NCBI GenBank assembly: GCA_037138355.1
Contig: JBAXIL010000033.1
Coordinates: 1 to 19,643 of the forward strand
Length of the DNA stretch: 19,643 nucleotides
Source: a bacterium
GTDB taxonomy: Bacteria > Oederibacteriota > PGYV01 > Palsa-1178
Direction: 5' to 3'
A program made the translations under genes and the position numbers. Every line of letters starts with the position of its first letter. Position 1 is the first letter of the stretch. Under the pieces are notes generated by a model that worked only from the letters and a program-made list of their open reading frames with translations, had not been told where the DNA came from and did not search any database. Shown here piece by piece: positions 19,393-19,643 of the stretch.

Positions 19393-19643
19393 ATGATTTC
19401 ACAAGAACTAATAGATGCCTTTCTTAACTTTATACAGTTTGAAAAAGGACTCGCTGAGAACACCTTGAAGGCATATAAATCAGACCTTGAAATATTCAAT
19501 CAGTTTCTGAAAAAAAATGAAATAACTTCAGCAGACGAAGACACTCTTCTTGATTTTATCTTTGAATTAAAAAACAGCAAACACGCTTCTTTGTCTATTG
19601 CCAGGTCATTAGTGGCGGTAAAAAACTTTTATAAATATTTAGT
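19393..19643 (+). CDS. xerD: Tyrosine recombinase XerD-like, N-terminal part only
   Basis: Manual translation gives MISQELIDAFLNFIQFEKGLAENTLKAYKSDL...SIARSLVAVKNFYKYL, the Xer N-terminal core-binding domain. It runs off the window, so XerC versus XerD is uncertain. Confidence 0.78.
   Translation, partial: MISQELIDAFLNFIQFEKGLAENTLKAYKSDLEIFNQFLKKNEITSADEDTLLDFIFELKNSKHASLSIARSLVAVKNFYKYL

Noticed and set aside
19393..19643. Tyrosine recombinase as a prophage or island integrase
   Set aside because: The N-terminus is typical of chromosomal Xer proteins and it sits in an operon with housekeeping genes. No att site or phage genes are visible.

Overview
An AT-rich bacterial chromosomal region of mostly housekeeping genes. 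I see no mobile element or CRISPR array. The minus strand carries lepA (cut just before its stop by the window edge), directly preceded by a secreted glycoside-hydrolase-like gene. The plus strand carries queE; an envelope cluster (zincin/beta-propeller/Omp85-like protein, PorV/PorQ-like barrel with TPR, and a Thr-alternating protein with a T9SS-type C-terminal sorting domain); a divergent LemA-like gene; RNase P RNA (rnpB); a HisJ-type PHP phosphatase; a cupin-HAD fusion; an AEC transporter; an AT-rich spacer with DnaA-box-like 9-mers; guaB-guaA; a glycogen debranching enzyme; an Fe-S flavoprotein; and the 5' end of a XerD-like recombinase. The main observation is that the 5' strands of RNase P RNA helices P1, P2 and P3 lie inside the last ~42 codons of the LemA-like ORF, whose stop codon falls in P3. 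P1 extends into a ~30-bp precursor-like stem, and the ORF plus RNA sit between a perfect sigma70 promoter and one terminator. This suggests a ribozyme excised from, or competing with, an mRNA. The RNA also lacks P18 and has an enlarged, branched P3. All family assignments and helix pairings were made by eye, without database searches.
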